Below are positions 60,421-64,000 of a DNA stretch of 64,000 nucleotides, piece after piece (position 1 is the first letter of the stretch; each line of letters begins with the position of its first letter). The notes under the pieces were generated by a model. That model did no database searches. It saw nothing but the letters and a program-made list of their open reading frames with translations, and was not told where the DNA came from. The stretch lies in IMG/VR virus record IMGVR_UViG_3300032132_000748. One strand, given 5' to 3'. The DNA is from a virus. Lineage: Duplodnaviria; Caudoviricetes. The translations under genes and the position numbers were made by a program.

Positions 60421-60987
60421 ATGATTAAACCTGAGAAACCTAGAAAACCAAAAAAACCAAAACCAGCAAAACCAACTCGAAGTATCACTGACATTTATTA
60501 TCTCTACCAAGTAACTGAATGGAAAGGGGAATATCCTGATGGTAAGAGTGTCACGTCCTATCAACTTATAGAAGATGACCTTATTCCGATGGCATACTTT
60601 GATAATGACGGCAGAGAAGTTTCAAAAGAAGATTATGATGATGAAACAGGTTACAGTGATTATGCTGGGGATTACGCTAAAATAGAGAATATCCAGTTAA
60701 CTGATTTGCTAAACTTGCTAAAAGAAAATAGTATCGATATTAAAGACGTTGAGGTTGATAACGAGTTTTACTACCGTAAGAACAACGGACAGTTAATCCT
60801 TCGGGTAGCCAGGCAGCTCAGTGATCAAGACTATAACAATTGGGTTAAAAATAACGAGGATCAGATGAAACAATATGAATTAGATATGGAAAAGTATCCA
60901 AAGTTCTTAGCTCAATATGAAAAACTTAAAAAGAAATGGGATATTTTTCAAACTGAAAAGAAATTAAAGGAACTAAAAGCAAAATGA
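60421..60987 (+). CDS. hypothetical protein
   Basis: KP-repeat N-terminus; ATG 5 nt after TATCAT. Confidence 0.6.
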   Translation: MIKPEKPRKPKKPKPAKPTRSITDIYYLYQVTEWKGEYPDGKSVTSYQLIEDDLIPMAYFDNDGREVSKEDYDDETGYSDYAGDYAKIENIQLTDLLNLLKENSIDIKDVEVDNEFYYRKNNGQLILRVARQLSDQDYNNWVKNNEDQMKQYELDMEKYPKFLAQYEKLKKKWDIFQTEKKLKELKAK

Positions 60988-61475
60988 GCTTATCCCTAAT
61001 CGTCGCAATGGATCCCAACCGTGTAATAGGTAAAGATAATGATTTACCTTGGCCTCGTATCAAAGAAGATATGAAATTCTTTAGAAAGACTACCATAAAC
61101 CATGTAGTAATAATGGGTAGAAAAACCTGGGACTCTATCTTTGCAGGAATTGGTAAGCCCCTCCCCAAACGAAACAATTTCGTTGTTTCGAGACAAGAAG
61201 GTTTGAAAATCGAAGGCTGTACAGTCTTTAGTTCGTTTGACGAGGCAGTAAGGATTGCGTTGGAGATTGATCCCAGTCCGATGATTATCGGAGGTTCAGC
61301 TATCTATGAGCTAGCCCTACCTAAAGTAACTTGCATGTATATTACAAAAGTAGCCAAGGAATATGAGGGAGATACTTTCTTTCCTGAGTTTGACAAGGAA
61401 GCATGGAAAGAGGAGATTATCAAAGATACGGATGAAGCTGTTTATACAAAAGCTCTAAGAAGAACTGGCCTTTAG
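60984..61475 (+). CDS. folA: dihydrofolate reductase
   Basis: LIVAM..N.VIG.DN.LPW, DM.FF, VIMGRKTW.S, PLP.R.N, IIGG..IY, GDTFFP. Confidence 0.96.
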   Translation: MSLSLIVAMDPNRVIGKDNDLPWPRIKEDMKFFRKTTINHVVIMGRKTWDSIFAGIGKPLPKRNNFVVSRQEGLKIEGCTVFSSFDEAVRIALEIDPSPMIIGGSAIYELALPKVTCMYITKVAKEYEGDTFFPEFDKEAWKEEIIKDTDEAVYTKALRRTGL

Positions 61476-64000
61476 CTCCGATCAAGCCAGGACAACCACC
61501 ATTTAATATTCTTCCTGGCGGAATGGGTCCAACCATCATCAGAGTCGTCTTCACTGACTGCGAAGATGTGGTCATAGTTTTCAACAAGAATAGCTTTCAA
61601 AGCTCGGGCTTCTGGTCCATCTTTAGGGTGGTAGCCAGAATTATAGGCACCCAAAACGTCCGATAATCTTCTTATTATAGCTTCCATGACATTAGGAAAA
61701 TACTCCCTCTTAAGCATCCTCAAGAGGGCGGCTTCATTGTTATGATGGGAGTAAGCGGTTGCTGTATACCGGCGATTGTCTGGGTGGGGTAGTTTTTCCG
61801 TCAAACGTAAAATCTCATCCCACCCAGTGGCTGCAGCCACCTCTTTATTCTGAGGCACTGCTTGAATTATTGTTTCTTTTAAAGAAGCCCAATACCATTT
61901 TTCATTATGCTGTAGACAAGCATAAAAAGCCGCATCTTGTTCAACGACATTGATTATATCTGGCAAAATAATCTCATATTGTTCTTGATCATCTAAAAGA
62001 TCCAACAAAGCTTTAAAGTTTCTTTTTTTAACTCGTGGATCTGGGTGGTTTACAAAAAAGTGACGGCACGCTTCGAAATCTTTAAAGTTTTCATCATCAT
62101 ACATCCACCTAGAGGGCGGAGATGCTCTACCTGGTCTTTCATATGGCGGTTCATCAGGATAATCCCCATTAACCCAGGTTTTCCAGTCATCAAGTTTTTC
62201 TTCTGATAGTTGACGTAATTGCGGAGGTATATCCAACCCCAGCCTTTTTACTATTTCTTTATCCTTATTTGCTATTGCTAGTGGGTCGTGTGATTGATCT
62301 CGACAACCCCAACCAGCCAATTCATAGCTATTTTTATTAGGAGCGTAACCACTTAAAACAGCTTTTATCCCGTTTGGGGTTGTATAACAGCCCTTAGCAA
62401 TTCTTGTGAATGTTTCATCTAGGTTTACCTTATCTCTATCACTGGCGTGTTTTGGACGAATTAACCCTTTGGGGTTATTTACAATTTGCAATTTATGCTG
62501 TATGATTCCATCTAATAGATCCGAATAGCCCCATATCTCTCCAATCGCACTAGAGAGATTATCTATATTACAATTTCTTCCTTTAAGAGTTTCATGTACC
62601 ATTAGGGAGGCCACTTCTTCTAGAGAAGTTTCAAATTCTTGTGATAGATCGCCACACATATTAGGTTTTTCATCCCAGGTATATCGATCTTTTTGATGAC
62701 AATGAGCGTGGGCCGTTTCATGAATAAATGTTCTCATGAATCCATCAAAATCTTTTATAGTCTTTACTCGGAGATATATTTCCTTAGTAGGCACTCTATA
62801 GAAACCAGGTATACGTTCTTCGTCTTTATACTCTCCAATATAAAAATGCAACTTAACTTCGGAAGACCGGGTTATATATTTTAGTAAGCACTTTGCTTCT
62901 TCATCTATTATTTGAAAATTTTGAGCTAAATCTTTTCTATCCTCTTCGTCTCCTACTGGAGCTGATAGGATATCATCCACGGTAAAAATTATTGTTTCAT
63001 CGGTAAGTTCAGCCGCCTTCATTATGTCTTTAGGATCTCGAATGAGTTGGTGCCTAACTAACAATTTTCTAAAACTAGGTAGAGTATCTCTAAGATCTTT
63101 AATATGGGCGTGTTCGAGAGCCTTTTGCTCAGCTACATTCTCACTCCACGAAAAGTCCTCACCGACGGCTACTAGAATAGCACTGTATAGGGCAACCGCA
63201 GCCGACCCATCTAGATATTGATCCATGGTATCTAGACATTTCCATTCCAGACTTTCATTGGTTTTCAGGTGCTCTCCATCAACCCCCCTAAACGTAGGCT
63301 GGTGAAGTCGGGTTATTAATTCATTCAGGTAAGAACTTTCCCCATTACCTAATATTAACTTAGCTAGCTCTCTTCGGGCTTCCCAGATACTTTTAAGTTT
63401 ATTGCGATCTGATCCCAAGGCGTCTCGGGTACTATCAAACCAGAAGTTGTAACCAAACAGAGCATCAAGTTGTTGAACGAAAATATCACGAACAAAGATC
63501 ATGCCTGGGATATCAAAAACCTGACGAACTTTACAGTGGTCATATTCGCCGGAACCGCCAGTAACGGTTAAAATGACCTTTTCTGGATCAGTTTTAGCTA
63601 TGGCGGGAGCAAAAAATTTCATATATTTGAGACAGTCGATTCCATCGATGGCAACGGCAGTCCCTTTAGTGATTTGGTTTGAGCGAGTAAAGATACCTAT
63701 ATAATTAAAGGCTCCTTTTCTCGCACTAACTTCTTCGATGTAGCAAAAGAAATAATCCATCCCAGCCGTTCTGATAATAACTTGATTTCCTGCGTTTAGT
63801 AGAGGAATCAAAGCAAGCTTCATACCCTCCCCGAAAACTCCTCGGAGACAGTGAATCTCTTCATCTGTTGCTCCTTTTTGCTGTCCCAGAAACATATCCA
63901 TGATGTCGATACCCTGGCCTTGGTCAACTATATACGAGATCTCTTCTTCATCTTCGAAAACTAAATCAAAACTTCCTGTTTCATCTAATGAGTTTTGTAC
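61472..64000 (-). CDS. GHKL-type ATPase with HEXXH zincin-like domain (5' end beyond window)
   Basis: Frame stays open upstream of 63901 to the window end: VQNSLDE (N-box), IVDQGQG (G1), G.FGEGMKLA (G2); FIHETAH further downstream. Confidence 0.75.
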   Translation of the reverse strand, partial: VQNSLDETGSFDLVFEDEEEISYIVDQGQGIDIMDMFLGQQKGATDEEIHCLRGVFGEGMKLALIPLLNAGNQVIIRTAGMDYFFCYIEEVSARKGAFNYIGIFTRSNQITKGTAVAIDGIDCLKYMKFFAPAIAKTDPEKVILTVTGGSGEYDHCKVRQVFDIPGMIFVRDIFVQQLDALFGYNFWFDSTRDALGSDRNKLKSIWEARRELAKLILGNGESSYLNELITRLHQPTFRGVDGEHLKTNESLEWKCLDTMDQYLDGSAAVALYSAILVAVGEDFSWSENVAEQKALEHAHIKDLRDTLPSFRKLLVRHQLIRDPKDIMKAAELTDETIIFTVDDILSAPVGDEEDRKDLAQNFQIIDEEAKCLLKYITRSSEVKLHFYIGEYKDEERIPGFYRVPTKEIYLRVKTIKDFDGFMRTFIHETAHAHCHQKDRYTWDEKPNMCGDLSQEFETSLEEVASLMVHETLKGRNCNIDNLSSAIGEIWGYSDLLDGIIQHKLQIVNNPKGLIRPKHASDRDKVNLDETFTRIAKGCYTTPNGIKAVLSGYAPNKNSYELAGWGCRDQSHDPLAIANKDKEIVKRLGLDIPPQLRQLSEEKLDDWKTWVNGDYPDEPPYERPGRASPPSRWMYDDENFKDFEACRHFFVNHPDPRVKKRNFKALLDLLDDQEQYEIILPDIINVVEQDAAFYACLQHNEKWYWASLKETIIQAVPQNKEVAAATGWDEILRLTEKLPHPDNRRYTATAYSHHNNEAALLRMLKREYFPNVMEAIIRRLSDVLGAYNSGYHPKDGPEARALKAILVENYDHIFAVSEDDSDDGWTHSARKNIKWWLSWLDRS

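Overview
AT-rich, gene-dense 64-kb segment that reads as part of a large (jumbo-type) dsDNA bacteriophage genome in the standard genetic code. The left end (1-4.3 kb) holds modular, virion-like beta-rich proteins. The rest is a replication, nucleotide-metabolism and host-takeover region: family A DNA polymerase, primase-helicase, SSB-like protein, Cas4-like nuclease, NrdAB, ThyA, DHFR, dUTPase, MazG, dNMP kinase, Fpg and a DNA methyltransferase. It also carries many host-like genes: ClpC, an HslV-like peptidase, a MoxR AAA+/vWA-peptidase pair, RpoD, EF-Tu, PrkA x2 + SpoVR, Ro60/TROVE and a fatty acid desaturase. RpoD and EF-Tu features tentatively suggest a Planctomycetota/PVC host (inference from recalled family features). 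Main observations: (1) six unrelated small proteins dispersed over 51 kb end in the same C-terminal module CxC-x8-GC[QK]C[GN]G-x-stop; (2) a candidate ~100-nt structured sRNA with its own promoter and terminator lies just upstream of Ro60; (3) the EF-Tu has altered G1/G4/G5 motifs; (4) the prkA-prkA-spoVR operon lacks yeaH; (5) at least 12 genes have leaderless-type -10/ATG spacing. No tRNA, rRNA or CRISPR array was recognised. All family calls are from motif recognition by eye, not database searches.
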